Shown here: one piece after another, positions 45,553 through 57,442 of the stretch
Layout of the letters: every line of letters begins with the position of its first letter
How positions within the stretch are numbered: the stretch's first letter is position 1
The notes under the pieces: model-generated
What the model was told of the DNA's origin: nothing
The model's input: only the letters and a program-made list of their open reading frames with translations
Databases searched by the model: none
Made by a program: the position numbers and the translations under genes
NCBI GenBank assembly: GCA_964493085.1
Contig: CAZBLV010000010.1
Location: forward strand, 39,537-103,536
Length of the DNA stretch: 64,000 bases
From: an uncultured Candidatus Saccharibacteria bacterium
Lineage (GTDB): Bacteria; Patescibacteriota; Minisyncoccia; Minisyncoccales; GWA2-38-27
Reading direction: 5' to 3'

Positions 45553-45595
45553 AATATCTTACTAGTTTACTTTTCCCAAAATAAAAGTCAAGGAC

Positions 45596-45628
45596 AAAAA
45601 AACAGCCGGCATAACCGGCTGTTTTTTC
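45596..45628 (-). terminator. groESL terminator
   Basis: AAAACAGCCGG-N5-CCGGCTGTTTT. Confidence 0.85.
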
Positions 45629-47251
<1,623 letters not shown>

Positions 47252-47296
47252 TTATGCCCCTTGCTCTCCTCAAAAGGATTCGCTCGGGTTTGAATA

Positions 47297-47590
47297 TTAT
47301 TCTTCTATTATGGCTAAAATATCTTCTTCTTTGGCAATTAAATATTCTTTGTCTTTAACTTTTATTTCAGTAGGACCGTACTTGCTGAAAAGAACTTTTT
47401 GGCCCGGTTTCGTGTCTAAAGGAATGATTTTCCCGTCATTGTTTTTCCTGCCAGGGCCCACAGCTATAACTTTGCCCTGTTCCGGCCTTTCTTTTTCTGC
47501 TGTTTGAGGAAGCAGAATGCCGGATTCTGTTTTTTCTTCTTCCTCGATTGCCTCAATAAGAATGTGATCTGCGATAGGTTTTATTTTCAT
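47297..47590 (-). CDS. groS: Co-chaperonin GroES
   Basis: MKIKP..D, TESGILLP..A.E.P..GKVIAVGPG, EDILA; likely start ATG 47590. Confidence 0.97.
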   Translation of the reverse strand: MKIKPIADHILIEAIEEEEKTESGILLPQTAEKERPEQGKVIAVGPGRKNNDGKIIPLDTKPGQKVLFSKYGPTEIKVKDKEYLIAKEEDILAIIEE

Positions 47591-47631
47591 ATTTTTTAAG
47601 CTCGGACTTTGAGCAAAAAGCTCTTCGCCCG

Positions 47632-47658
47632 TTAGCAATTAAGACCTATGACTGCTAA
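47632..47658 (-). promoter_or_regulatory. CIRCE (HrcA operator)
   Basis: TTAGCAGTC-N9-AATTGCTAA versus the consensus TTAGCACTC-N9-GAGTGCTAA, just upstream of groS. Confidence 0.85.
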
Positions 47659-47710
47659 TAGTATAATATAAGGCATCCAAGCCTCTTCTGTCAAGATCCC
47701 CCAGACGACT

Positions 47711-50515
47711 TTATAAGTTCTTTCGTAAGAATTCCCCTGTGTGGCTCCCCTTCGCCCTTCTTACTTCTGCAGGAGAGCCTTCAGCCACTATCTTACCTCC
47801 TTCTCTCCCCCCTTCAGGGCCTAGATCGCATATCCAGTCCGCGTTTTTAATGAAATCAATATTGTGTTCAATGGTTAAAACAGTGTTCCCTTTGGCCACC
47901 AGACTCTTTAAAACAGAAACCAGTTTTTTTACATCCTCAAAATGGAGACCAGTAGTCGGCTCATCGAGTATATAAAGAGTTTTGCCTGTCCCTTTTTTGG
48001 AAAGCTCCGAAGCCAGTTTTATGCGCTGGGCTTCTCCTCCTGACAAAGAGGGGGCAGGCTGTCCAAGCTCAACATAGGAAAGCCCGACCTCGTTAAGCAT
48101 CTTAAGCTTGTGGTAAAGGCCTGGGATGTGTTTGAAGAATTTCATCGCTTCTTCCACTGTCATTTCCAAAACTTCTGCAATATTCTTGCCTCTGTATTCG
48201 ACCTTCAGGGCTTCCTTGTTATATCTTTTTCCGTGGCATTCCTGGCATTCCACATAAACATCTGGCAGAAAAAACATTTCTACTTTTATTTCTCCCTGGC
48301 CCTCGCAGGCCTCGCATCTTCCTCCCTTTACGTTAAAGCTGAACCTTCCCGGACCATATCCCCTTATTCTCGCTTCCTTTGTTTTGGAAAAAAGCTCCCT
48401 GATATAAGAAAAAGCTCCTGTATAAGTGGCGGGGTTAGACCTCGGGGTTCTTCCTATAGGAGACTGATCAACAAGAACAGGCTTATTTATATTTTCCAAT
48501 CCCTTAATTTCTTTAAACTGTCCTGGTTCTTCCTTGCTATGGTAAAACCTCTTAAACAAGGCCTTGGCTAAAACGTCATCCACTAAAGAACTTTTGCCGG
48601 AGCCCGACACTCCTGTTACGCAGATAAAACTTCCTAGGGGAATTTTAAAGTCTATGTTTTTTAAATTATGCTCTTTTGCTCCTTTAACCTGCAAGTATTC
48701 TTTTTTTCTCCTTTCGGGCAAGACAAAACCTGATTTCTGCAGTCTTTCTTTTAAAGCTCTTTGGTCAACTTCAACCTTTTTCTTTCCCGACAAGTACTGG
48801 CCTGTCAGATTGCCGGATCTCTTCAGCTCTTTTGGCGTTCCTTTAAAAACTACTTTTCCCCCGTGCTTGCCCGCTCCAGGCCCTATGTCCACTACCCAGT
48901 CCGCAGCCAGCATTGTTTGAGGATCGTGCTCCACTACAACCACAGTGTTTCCGGAATCTCTTAATTTCTTTAAGGTGTTAATGAGCCTTCCTTGGTCTCT
49001 GGGGTGAAGTCCGATTGAAGGCTCGTCTAGAATATAAAGAACTCCTGTCAGCTTGGCTCCTATCTGGGTAGCTAGTCTTATTCTTTGTTCTTCCCCTCCG
49101 GCCAAAGTAGTGGCCTTTCTGTCTAGGGAAAGATAGTCAAGTCCTACGTCGATTAAAAACTGGATTCTATTCAGCACTTCTTTAATTATAGGCCCTGAAA
49201 CCTTGTCCTTTTCCAGTTTAGAAAAAAACTCTTTGGCTTCTGCTACAGGAACTTCAACTAACTGGTCAATGGACTTTCCTGCCACAGTAACAGCTAAGGC
49301 CTCGGGCTTTAATCTTTTTCCTTGGCATTTCGGGCATTTTTTCACTATCATATACTGCTCAATCTCCTTTCTTGTCCAATCAGAGTCAGTTGCTTGGTAT
49401 CTTCTTTCCAGGTTGGGAATTACTCCCTCAAAGTCGCCCTCCCCATAAAGAATAGAATTAACAATCTTTGGAGAAAGGTTTTTGACCGGCTCATGAATGC
49501 TAAATTCTTTTTTTTCTGCCAATTCTTTAAGCTGGCTCCAAAAATAGCTTTGCCTTCCTAATTTATGAGAAGCTCTCATCCAAGGCCTGACCGCTCCTTC
49601 TGCCAGGGTCAGATTTTTATTTGGAATAACCAGGGCAGGATCAACCTCTAGTTTTTCTCCCAGCCCGGAACATTCCGGGCAGGCGCCGTAAGGACTGTTA
49701 AAAGAGAATAAGCGGGGCTCTGGCTCTGGAAGAGAAATTTCGCAGTTTTCGCAAGCAAGATATTCGCTGAAAACTATATCTTCTTCCTTGTCAGGAGAAA
49801 CAATTACCGTGCCCTTGCCCATTTTAGAAGCTATCTCCAAAGAATCTATCAGGCGCTCTTTATCTACATCCTCGCCCAGAATAATTCTGTCTACCACTAT
49901 TTCAATAGAGTGATTCTTGTTCCTGTCCAGACTTAGCTTTAAAGACTCTTCTGTTCTGTAGATAGTCTCGTCTATTCTTACTCTCACAAACCCCCCTCTT
50001 TGTATCTCTTCCAGCGTTCCCTGGTGCTCGCCTTTTTTTCCTTTGACTGCGGGTCCTAAGATTAGAATCTCTTTGTCTTTCGGCAGTTTTAATATCTGTT
50101 TTTCTATTTGCTCTATGCTTTGTCTGCTCACCTTCTTCCCGCAGACAGGGCAATGAGGCTCTCCTGTCCTGGCAAACAAAAGACGGATATAGTCATATAT
50201 CTCCGTAATGGTGCCTACGGTAGAGCGCGGATTATGGGAAGACTTTCTTTGGTCTATGGAAATGGCAGGGCTTATCCCCTCTATTTTGTCCACTTCTGGC
50301 TTGTCCATCACTCCCAGAAACTGTCTGGCATAGGCCGACAAGCTTTCTATGTATCTTCTTTGGCCTTCGGCATAAAGAGTGTCAAAAGCTAAAGAGCTTT
50401 TCCCAGACCCTGAAATGCCGGTAATTACCGTAAGCTTGTTTCTGGGAAAATCAATGCTTATATTTTTAAGATTGTGGACCTTAGCCCCTCTTATTTTAAT
50501 AATTTCCTTTTCCAT
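47711..50515 (-). CDS. uvrA: Excinuclease ABC subunit A
   Basis: GAKVHNLKN, two GSGKSSL Walker A motifs, zinc fingers, LSGGEAQR; likely start ATG 50515. Confidence 0.98.
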   Translation of the reverse strand: MEKEIIKIRGAKVHNLKNISIDFPRNKLTVITGISGSGKSSLAFDTLYAEGQRRYIESLSAYARQFLGVMDKPEVDKIEGISPAISIDQRKSSHNPRSTVGTITEIYDYIRLLFARTGEPHCPVCGKKVSRQSIEQIEKQILKLPKDKEILILGPAVKGKKGEHQGTLEEIQRGGFVRVRIDETIYRTEESLKLSLDRNKNHSIEIVVDRIILGEDVDKERLIDSLEIASKMGKGTVIVSPDKEEDIVFSEYLACENCEISLPEPEPRLFSFNSPYGACPECSGLGEKLEVDPALVIPNKNLTLAEGAVRPWMRASHKLGRQSYFWSQLKELAEKKEFSIHEPVKNLSPKIVNSILYGEGDFEGVIPNLERRYQATDSDWTRKEIEQYMIVKKCPKCQGKRLKPEALAVTVAGKSIDQLVEVPVAEAKEFFSKLEKDKVSGPIIKEVLNRIQFLIDVGLDYLSLDRKATTLAGGEEQRIRLATQIGAKLTGVLYILDEPSIGLHPRDQGRLINTLKKLRDSGNTVVVVEHDPQTMLAADWVVDIGPGAGKHGGKVVFKGTPKELKRSGNLTGQYLSGKKKVEVDQRALKERLQKSGFVLPERRKKEYLQVKGAKEHNLKNIDFKIPLGSFICVTGVSGSGKSSLVDDVLAKALFKRFYHSKEEPGQFKEIKGLENINKPVLVDQSPIGRTPRSNPATYTGAFSYIRELFSKTKEARIRGYGPGRFSFNVKGGRCEACEGQGEIKVEMFFLPDVYVECQECHGKRYNKEALKVEYRGKNIAEVLEMTVEEAMKFFKHIPGLYHKLKMLNEVGLSYVELGQPAPSLSGGEAQRIKLASELSKKGTGKTLYILDEPTTGLHFEDVKKLVSVLKSLVAKGNTVLTIEHNIDFIKNADWICDLGPEGGREGGKIVAEGSPAEVRRAKGSHTGEFLRKNL

Positions 50516-50583
50516 AAGATAGAACATTATAACGGAAGAAAAGACTTTTTTCAAGGTCCTTGACTCAAATCCGCAAAAGAAAG

Positions 50584-50613
50584 GGGCCTGTCCAGTATTT
50601 ACTGAACAGGCCC
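50584..50613 (-). terminator. Intrinsic terminator homologous to 11755-11780
   Basis: GGGCCTGTTCAGTA-AA-TACTGGACAGGCCC followed by a T-rich tract. Confidence 0.8.
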
Positions 50614-50618
50614 TTTGG

Positions 50619-51098
50619 TTAGTTCTTTGCGAGAAGCCAGCTACCGGCTGCTTGCAAAACCTTTCGCGAAGAAAGCCATTTCAATCCTATGACCAAGCTG
50701 TAGGCCAGACCAATGGCTAGTCCGAGAACTAGGGTGTAGGTCAGGCCGTAGGTCAGACTGACGATCAGGCCGAAAACCAAGCCATAGATCAAGCTGACGA
50801 TCAGGCCGAGAGCCAGGCCAACGGTCACCAGAACAGAGGATGTTCCTTCTCGTGAAGATGATTTTCTGGCAGGAAATAAAGATATTACAACCACAGACCA
50901 AATAGGCCCTATCAAGACATCCCACCAGCGAGATATCCTAAAAGGAAGCTCCCAAGTCCAGCTATCTGTCACCTTGACGTTTTGGACCACAGGCACGCTA
51001 CCGGCAGAAAAACGCCAGATCAGCCAGAACAAGGCGATCAGCCCTCCTGTCAGAAGCGACCATCTCCACATCAGAGCAAGCCTCCTTTTTTTTCCCAT
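50619..51098 (-). CDS. Membrane protein with LxxG repeats, paralog 2
   Basis: N-terminal ~75 aa highly similar to the protein at 11132-11728; SD AAGGAAAG before ATG 51098. Confidence 0.85.
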   Translation of the reverse strand: MGKKRRLALMWRWSLLTGGLIALFWLIWRFSAGSVPVVQNVKVTDSWTWELPFRISRWWDVLIGPIWSVVVISLFPARKSSSREGTSSVLVTVGLALGLIVSLIYGLVFGLIVSLTYGLTYTLVLGLAIGLAYSLVIGLKWLSSRKVLQAAGSWLLAKN

Positions 51099-51102
51099 TT
51101 TT

Positions 51103-51210
51103 CTTTCCTTTTCCGTTGTTTTGCCAAGTTTTGTCTGGCAGAGAACAATTCTCTGCCAACTCATTGTCAATGTACGAAAACCTTTATATCATATATTTTT
51201 TAGAAGTCAA
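51103..51210 (-). promoter_or_regulatory. Promoter, boxA-like element, hairpin and SD of paralog 2
   Basis: TTGACT-N16-TATAAA, GTACATTGACAA (51175-51164), TGGCAGAG/CTCTGCCA hairpin, AAGGA. Confidence 0.65.
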
Positions 51211-51269
51211 CTCTCGGTTTCAGTTTTCTGTTGAAAATACGGGGAATTCGTCTTAGAATAAGCCAGGCT

Positions 51270-52490
51270 ATGGAAAAATTCTTTTTTGTTTCTACAATTG
51301 AAAAACTGCCTGCAACCTGCGGAGTCTATGCTTTTAAAGACAAAAACTCTTTCCTTTATGTCGGAAAAGCAGGAAACCTAAAAAACAGAGCGAAAAGCCA
51401 TTTTAACCAGCCCTCTTACAGGGACAATCTTTTTATTAACAAAACAGAAAAGATAGGATACATTGAAACAGATTCTGAAATAGAAGCCTTGATTTTGGAA
51501 GCGAAGCTTATTAAAAAACTTCAGCCAAAATACAATGTCCTCTGGAAAGACGACAAAAATTATTTTTATGTCGAAATAAACAGAGAAAGCCTGCCCTATG
51601 TTAAAATAACCCATCAGCCGATTTCCCAAAAAAACATAGAGCACATCGGCCCCTTTATAGAAGGAGGGCCCCTAAAAAAAGCGCTGAAAGTATTAAGAAA
51701 AGCATTCCCCTATTACAGCGCAAAAAACCACCCTAAAAAGCTTTGTCCTTTTTGTCATTTAAATTTATGTCCGGGACCCGATCCTAATATTAAAGAGTGC
51801 AAGAAAAATATCAGAAACCTGAAGAACTTTTTTGAAGGAAAAAAGAAATTTATTATAAAAGACCTTAGAAGGGAAATGAAAAAGGCCTCCAAAGAGCAAA
51901 AATACGAAAGGGCAGCAGAATTAAGGGATAAGATAGACGCCCTGGAAAGAGTGATGAGCCAGACTAAGGTAATAAGGCCTAAAAAAGAAACAGACTGGAG
52001 AGTTGTTAAAAAAGAGTTAAGGGAAGTGACGGGGCGGAATATTGAAAAAATAGAGGCCTATGATGTCTCCAATATTCAGGGCCAAAAAGCCACAGGGTCT
52101 CAAGCAGTTTTTATCAAAGGAAAACCCGAAAAAGGCCTTTACAGAAAGTTTAAGATAAAAATATCAGGAAAGCCTAATGACATTGCCATGATAAAAGAAA
52201 CGCTGAAAAGAAGACTGAAGCACAAAGAATGGCCTTACCCTGAAATGATATTAATAGACGGGGGCAGAGCCCAGCTGAACGCAGGGATAGAAGTGACGAA
52301 AGAATTTCCTTCTCTTTTTGTTTCCTCTCTGGCCAAAAAAGAGAATAAATTCTATCTGGAAAATAAAAAAGAGCCTTTATTGCTAAAGAATCTTCCCCAA
52401 GAGCTGTCAAGCTTAGTTCTGCACATGAGAGACGAATCTCACAGATTTGCCGTAAAATACCACAGACTGCTGCGGGAGAGATTGACCTAG
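51270..52490 (+). CDS. uvrC: Excinuclease ABC subunit C, short form without HhH tail
   Basis: LP...GVY, YVGKA.NLK.R, EALILE..LIK..P.YN, YE.AA.LRD, IEAYDVSN, IDGG..QL, RDESHRFA. Confidence 0.92.
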   Translation: MEKFFFVSTIEKLPATCGVYAFKDKNSFLYVGKAGNLKNRAKSHFNQPSYRDNLFINKTEKIGYIETDSEIEALILEAKLIKKLQPKYNVLWKDDKNYFYVEINRESLPYVKITHQPISQKNIEHIGPFIEGGPLKKALKVLRKAFPYYSAKNHPKKLCPFCHLNLCPGPDPNIKECKKNIRNLKNFFEGKKKFIIKDLRREMKKASKEQKYERAAELRDKIDALERVMSQTKVIRPKKETDWRVVKKELREVTGRNIEKIEAYDVSNIQGQKATGSQAVFIKGKPEKGLYRKFKIKISGKPNDIAMIKETLKRRLKHKEWPYPEMILIDGGRAQLNAGIEVTKEFPSLFVSSLAKKENKFYLENKKEPLLLKNLPQELSSLVLHMRDESHRFAVKYHRLLRERLT

Positions 52491-52516
52491 TATTTGTTTT
52501 CTGCTATTATTAGACA

Positions 52517-52879
52517 ATGATAAGCAGGCTCTTGTTTCAGATAATCGCAGGCATTTTAACAATCTTCCTGGCGGCCCGTTTTGTTTCTGGAGTTGATTTT
52601 TCAGGAGAGCTAAGGCCCCTTATTATCGCAGGAAGCGTATTGGGAATAGTAAATTTCGCAATAAAACCCATTTTAAAAGCCATCGCTCTTCCTCTTAGAA
52701 TAATCACTTTAGGCCTTTTCACTCTTCTATTGAATCTGTTCTTGGTTTGGATAGTGGTCGATGTCTTATTCCCGGGCGACCTGGAAATAACCGGATTTGT
52801 GCCGCTTTTGTGGACAACGGCAATTCTCTGGATTCTTAACATTTTTTTTGTCCCTTACCGAAAAGAAAATTATAAATAA
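52517..52879 (+). CDS. YvlD-like 4-TM membrane protein (annotated family: phage holin 4_2)
   Basis: LG.VN..IKPIL....LP..IITLGLF...LN. Confidence 0.85.
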   Translation: MISRLLFQIIAGILTIFLAARFVSGVDFSGELRPLIIAGSVLGIVNFAIKPILKAIALPLRIITLGLFTLLLNLFLVWIVVDVLFPGDLEITGFVPLLWTTAILWILNIFFVPYRKENYK

Positions 52880-52880
52880 T

Positions 52881-53099
52881 ATGGTTAACATCATCAATAT
52901 TGCTCAAATTGTAGTTTCTGTTTTTTTGATTACTTTTATTCTTTTGCAACAAAAAGGAACAGCTCTTGGTTCTGCTTTTGGCGGAGAAGGCGGATCATTT
53001 TATTCTACTCGGAGAGGAATAGAGAAAAAGATTTACTGGGCTACTATTATCTGCGCTATTCTTTTCCTCTTGTTGGCTGTCATCAACCTTATTATCTAG
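52881..53099 (+). CDS. secG: Preprotein translocase subunit SecG
   Basis: QI.VS..LI..ILLQQKG..LGSAFGG, RRG.EK; start ATG 52881. Confidence 0.93.
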   Translation: MVNIINIAQIVVSVFLITFILLQQKGTALGSAFGGEGGSFYSTRRGIEKKIYWATIICAILFLLLAVINLII

Positions 53100-53111
53100 C
53101 AGAAGAGCGAC

Positions 53112-55094
53112 ATGAACCGAAGAAAAGTTTTCTCTTTTGTGAGAATAAAAAAATGGCCATCAAAGGGCCAGTGGAAACAGCTTTTCAGCGTTTTAAATAA
53201 AAAAGAAAAAATAATTCTTGTTGTTTTTGCTGTTTTGGCCCTAGGATCTATGGTCTTTCTGGCAAGAAGCTTGTATCTTAATAACACTCAAATAACACCC
53301 GCCAAGGGAGGAACCCACATAGAGGGAGTGGCAGGCCAGCCAAGATTCATTAATCCTTTGTATGCTAACTCTGAAGCAGACAGAGCCCTGACCCAGCTTC
53401 TGTTTTCAGGCCTGATGAAATATGATAAAGACCTGAAAGTGGTGCCTGATCTGGCTCAGAAATACAAAATCGAAGAAAGCGGAAAAGTTTACAAGTTCTA
53501 CTTAAAAGAAGATTTGAAATGGCAGGACGGAATTCCCTTAACAGCAGACGACGTAGTGTTTACTATAAAAAGAATTCAAGACCCTGCCTACAAAAGTCCG
53601 CTCTTGCCCAACTGGGTTGGCGTGGAAGTTGAAAAAATAGGAGAGGCAGCGATAAAATTTGAAATAGGAAAGCCCTATCACGCTTTTGTCGAAAACTGCA
53701 CTGTTAAAATTCTGCCCAAACACATTTGGGAGAACGTTTCAGCAGAAAATTTCCCCTTGGAAATATACAACCTAAAACCCATAGGGTCTGGCCCCTACAA
53801 GATAAAGGAAGCAAGGCAGGAGGAACCCAATAGAATAGAGTCCCTTACTCTCTCCCACAATTCTTTTTACCACGGGCCTTCTCCTTATATCTCGGAAATA
53901 AAATTTTTGTTCAGAAAAACCGAGGAAGACCTGATAAAAGAATCCAAAAGAGGCAAAATTACCGGGTTTTCCGCTTCCTTGAATACGATTATGGCTGAAG
54001 GCTGGAACAAGCATAATTTTTCCCTGCCCCGCTATTTCGCAGTATTCTTCAATCCCGACCAGCAGGAAATATTCAAGGATAAAAAAGTGAGAGAGGCGCT
54101 AGAGCTTTCTCTTAACAAAAAAAAGATTATTGAAAGTCTGTTAAGCAAGACAGAAGAAGAAATAATACACTCTCCCCTATTGCCCGACATTTACGGGTTA
54201 GAACAGCCAGAAAAGACAATCCCTGATCTTGAAAAAGCAAAGGAATTATTAAAAGAAGCAGGCTTTGAACAGAAAGACGGAATAATGCAGAAAAAGCTGG
54301 AAAAAGAAAGAGCTTTCTCTTTCGAAAAAGACCTGACAAAGGGTTCTCAAGGAACCGAAGTGGAAGAGCTCCAGAAATGCCTTGCTGATTTGCCTGATGT
54401 TTACCCAGAGAAAGAAATAACCGGATATTTCGGAGATAAAACAAAAGTAGCAGTTATTAATTTCCAAGAAAAATACAAAGAAGAAATATTAGAGCCCTGG
54501 GGCCTTGAATCCGGAAATGGAAAGGTAAAAGAATCTACCAGAGAGAAATTGAATGAGATATGCTTTGATAATACAGAGACTATTGTCCCTTTAGAGTTTT
54601 CGCTAGTTACTGTCAATCAGCCCCAAATGGAAAAATTGGCAGAAGCGCTTAAAAAACAGTGGGCCGAGATAGGAGTTAAAGTGTCAGTCCAGTTAGCAGA
54701 CATTTCCCAATTAGAGCAAAACTATATTAAGCCCCGAGACTATAATGCCCTGCTTTTCGGCAACGTGCTAGGAGCAATTCCAGACCCTTTCCCTTTCTGG
54801 CACTCCTCCCAGATAAAAGATCCCGGGCTAAACCTGTCTCTTTTCGAAAATCAGAAAGCAGACCGATTAATGGAAGAGATAAGACAAAATACAGAAGGCA
54901 ACAAGGAGAGATTGGAGCAGCTGCAAGAAATAATTCTTGAAGAAAAACCGGCTATCTTCCTTTACAGCCCTTGTTACGCCTACTTCGCCTCAAAAGAAAT
55001 TAAGAACATCGTCCCTCAAAAAATAGCAGATCCCTCCAAGCGCTTTTTAAATATTGAGGAATGGTATATTAAAACAAAAAGAGGATGGAAATGA
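53112..55094 (+). CDS. OppA/DppA-like substrate-binding protein with an inserted peptidoglycan-binding domain
   Basis: P..INP, LFSGL, PDLA, WQDG.PLTADDVVFT, PIGSGPY; insert DLTKGSQGTEVEELQKCL...ITGYFG..T..AV..FQ.KY. Confidence 0.88.
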   Translation: MNRRKVFSFVRIKKWPSKGQWKQLFSVLNKKEKIILVVFAVLALGSMVFLARSLYLNNTQITPAKGGTHIEGVAGQPRFINPLYANSEADRALTQLLFSGLMKYDKDLKVVPDLAQKYKIEESGKVYKFYLKEDLKWQDGIPLTADDVVFTIKRIQDPAYKSPLLPNWVGVEVEKIGEAAIKFEIGKPYHAFVENCTVKILPKHIWENVSAENFPLEIYNLKPIGSGPYKIKEARQEEPNRIESLTLSHNSFYHGPSPYISEIKFLFRKTEEDLIKESKRGKITGFSASLNTIMAEGWNKHNFSLPRYFAVFFNPDQQEIFKDKKVREALELSLNKKKIIESLLSKTEEEIIHSPLLPDIYGLEQPEKTIPDLEKAKELLKEAGFEQKDGIMQKKLEKERAFSFEKDLTKGSQGTEVEELQKCLADLPDVYPEKEITGYFGDKTKVAVINFQEKYKEEILEPWGLESGNGKVKESTREKLNEICFDNTETIVPLEFSLVTVNQPQMEKLAEALKKQWAEIGVKVSVQLADISQLEQNYIKPRDYNALLFGNVLGAIPDPFPFWHSSQIKDPGLNLSLFENQKADRLMEEIRQNTEGNKERLEQLQEIILEEKPAIFLYSPCYAYFASKEIKNIVPQKIADPSKRFLNIEEWYIKTKRGWK

Positions 55095-55669
55095 GCCTTA
55101 AAAACAAAAAGCCGGATATCAGGCGCCTTAGCGACATGAAAGACGTTGTCTACGACAAAGAGTGGCTGAAAAAAGCCCCTGATCTTGAACTTTATTTCAT
55201 GTATAGAGGATTAAAAGAAAGGGACGGATTAAGATATGACGTCACTGTTATCCCCGCCCGAATGCTGGGCCAAGAATACGTAAAGACTAAAGGACACGAG
55301 CATATAGGAAGCTATCAAGAAATATATACTGTCCTAGAAGGAGAAGCTATCTTTTTTATGCAAAAGGGGAAAGAAAAGATAAAAGACGCAATAGCTATTA
55401 GGGCCGAGAAAGGAGAGTCGGCCGTAATCCCCCCAGACTACGCTCATATCACCGTCAATCCTTCAGAAAAAGATTTGAAAATGGCAAACTGGATGGCAAA
55501 AGAAGCAAAAAGCGACTATAGCTTTATCCAGAAGATGGGAGGAGGATGTTATTTTTATACTGCAAAGGGCTGGATAAAAAACGTTAACTATTCCGAGGTT
55601 CCGGAAATCAGGCTTCAAAGCCCCTTGGAATCTGTTCCCGAAAACTTGGAATTCCTTAAAAAAGGATAG
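55085..55669 (+). CDS. Cupin-type (archaeal-like) glucose-6-phosphate isomerase
   Basis: LRYDVTVI, G.E..KTKGHEH, EIY.VL.G.A, IPP.YAH.TVN. Confidence 0.88.
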   Translation: MEMSLKNKKPDIRRLSDMKDVVYDKEWLKKAPDLELYFMYRGLKERDGLRYDVTVIPARMLGQEYVKTKGHEHIGSYQEIYTVLEGEAIFFMQKGKEKIKDAIAIRAEKGESAVIPPDYAHITVNPSEKDLKMANWMAKEAKSDYSFIQKMGGGCYFYTAKGWIKNVNYSEVPEIRLQSPLESVPENLEFLKKG

Positions 55670-55755
55670 GCCGGGGTGGCGGAACGGAAGACGCGGCGGC
55701 CCCAGGAGCCGTTGGAGGAAACTCCTTGTGGGTTCGAATCCCACCCCCGGCACCA
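55670..55755 (+). tRNA. tRNA-Leu(CAG) with C at position 33
   Basis: Acceptor GCCGGGG/CCCCGGC, anticodon arm GCGGC-CCCAGGA-GCCGT, long variable arm, GGTTCGAATCC, CCA. Confidence 0.92.
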
Positions 55756-55761
55756 CTAATT

Positions 55762-57441
55762 ATGAAAAACAAAAAAGAAAATATAAGAATTATCCCTCTG
55801 GGAGGCCTAGGAGAAGTCGGAAAAAACATGACCCTTTTCGAATACAAGGGGAAAATTTTTATTCTGGACTTAGGCCTTAAATTCCCGGAGGAAGCAATGC
55901 CGGGCATTGATTATGTGATCCCATCGGTGGATTATCTGGAAGGAAAGAAGAACAAGATTGTAGGAGTAGCCATAACCCATGGCCACTACGACCACATAGG
56001 CGCGATCCCTTATGTCGCCAAAAAACTGGGAAACCCTACTATATTAGCGTCAGAATTAACCCGGGGAATTATCATTAAAAGGCAGGACGACTTTCCTCAG
56101 GCGCCCAAGCTTGACATAAAAACCGTAAAACCGGGCGATAAAAGGAATCTAGGCCCTTTTTGTCTTGAATTTTTCCACGAAAACCACAACATTCCGGGAA
56201 ATTTAGGAGTAGTAATTAAAACAGATCTAGGAAACATAGTCTGCACTTCGGATTTTAAGTTTGATAATAATCCGATAAACGACAGACCGACTGACTTCAA
56301 AGCCTTGAGAAGAATCGGAAAAGAAGGAGTTCTTCTCTTAATGTCAGATTCCACCGGAGCAGAAGAAGAAAACCATTCTCTGTCTGAACAAACTATTTCC
56401 CAAAATCTCGAGGAAATATTTAAAGAATCGAGGAGGGGCAGGATTATCGCGGCAACCTTTGCTTCTCTTCTAAATCGCGCTCAACAGATTATATCCCTTT
56501 CTGAAAAATACGGCAGGAAAGTTGTTGTTGAAGGATATTCTATGAAAAGCAATATTGAGATAGCCAAACGCCTGAAATACCTAAAGATGAAAAAAAATAC
56601 TATGGTAAAAGCAAAAGACGCCCACAAATACCCGGATTCAGAATTAACTATTCTCTGCACCGGAGCCCAAGGAGAAGGAAATGCAGTATTGATGAGAATT
56701 GCTAACAAAGAGCACAAGTTCTTCAGAATCAAGAAAGGAGACGCCATAATATTTTCTTCTTCGGTAGTTCCGGGGAACGAGAGAGCGGTCCAAAACCTAA
56801 AGGACTCTCTTTATAAGCAAGAAGCTGAAGTTTTCCATTACAAAATGATGGACATTCATGCCGGTGGGCACGCCCAAAGAGAAGAACTGAAAGAAATGAT
56901 CAGGATAATGAATCCCAAATTCTTTATGCCTGTGCACGGCCAATACTCAATGATGTACAACCATGCAGAAATCGCAGAAAAGGAGGGTATTCCTAAAAAA
57001 AGAATAATCTTAGCAGATAACGGAAAAGTAATTAATCTAAGCCCAGAGGGATTCTCCTTTTCTCCTAAGTCTGTTCCGGCAAATCCGATTATGATTGACG
57101 GCCTGGGAGTAGGAGATGTTGGAGAAATAGTATTAAGAGACAGGCAGCTTTTATCAAAAGACGGCATGTTTGTTATTGTAGTAGCAATAGACAAGCAGGC
57201 AGGAAAAGTAAAGGGATCGCCTGATATTATTTCCAGGGGCTTTGTCTATCTGAGAGAATCAAAGGGCCTGCTTTTTGAAACAAGAAAAAAGGTAATAAAT
57301 ATAGTTAATAAAGCTACAGGTGGAAGCGGAGCCGTTAACTGGGTTTATGTTAAAAACGAGATCAGGAATAAGATAGGAGACTTTCTCCATACTAAAACCC
57401 AAAGGCGTCCCATGATTCTGCCTGTGGTAATTGAAGTTTAA
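55762..57441 (+). CDS. rnj: Ribonuclease J
   Basis: IPLGGLGEVGKN, THGHYDHIG, DFKFD, TGAQGE, HAGGH, PVHG, RRPMILPV; start ATG 55762. Confidence 0.96.
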   Translation: MKNKKENIRIIPLGGLGEVGKNMTLFEYKGKIFILDLGLKFPEEAMPGIDYVIPSVDYLEGKKNKIVGVAITHGHYDHIGAIPYVAKKLGNPTILASELTRGIIIKRQDDFPQAPKLDIKTVKPGDKRNLGPFCLEFFHENHNIPGNLGVVIKTDLGNIVCTSDFKFDNNPINDRPTDFKALRRIGKEGVLLLMSDSTGAEEENHSLSEQTISQNLEEIFKESRRGRIIAATFASLLNRAQQIISLSEKYGRKVVVEGYSMKSNIEIAKRLKYLKMKKNTMVKAKDAHKYPDSELTILCTGAQGEGNAVLMRIANKEHKFFRIKKGDAIIFSSSVVPGNERAVQNLKDSLYKQEAEVFHYKMMDIHAGGHAQREELKEMIRIMNPKFFMPVHGQYSMMYNHAEIAEKEGIPKKRIILADNGKVINLSPEGFSFSPKSVPANPIMIDGLGVGDVGEIVLRDRQLLSKDGMFVIVVAIDKQAGKVKGSPDIISRGFVYLRESKGLLFETRKKVINIVNKATGGSGAVNWVYVKNEIRNKIGDFLHTKTQRRPMILPVVIEV

Positions 57442-57442
57442 T

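Noticed and set aside
52517-52879. Prophage, suggested by the holin family name
   Set aside because: YvlD-like genes are ordinary chromosomal neighbours of uvr genes, and no phage genes are nearby.
55463-55761. ORFs overlapping tRNA-Leu, and the N-terminal extension of rnj
   Set aside because: These are artefacts of reading through the tRNA; rnj starts at ATG 55762.
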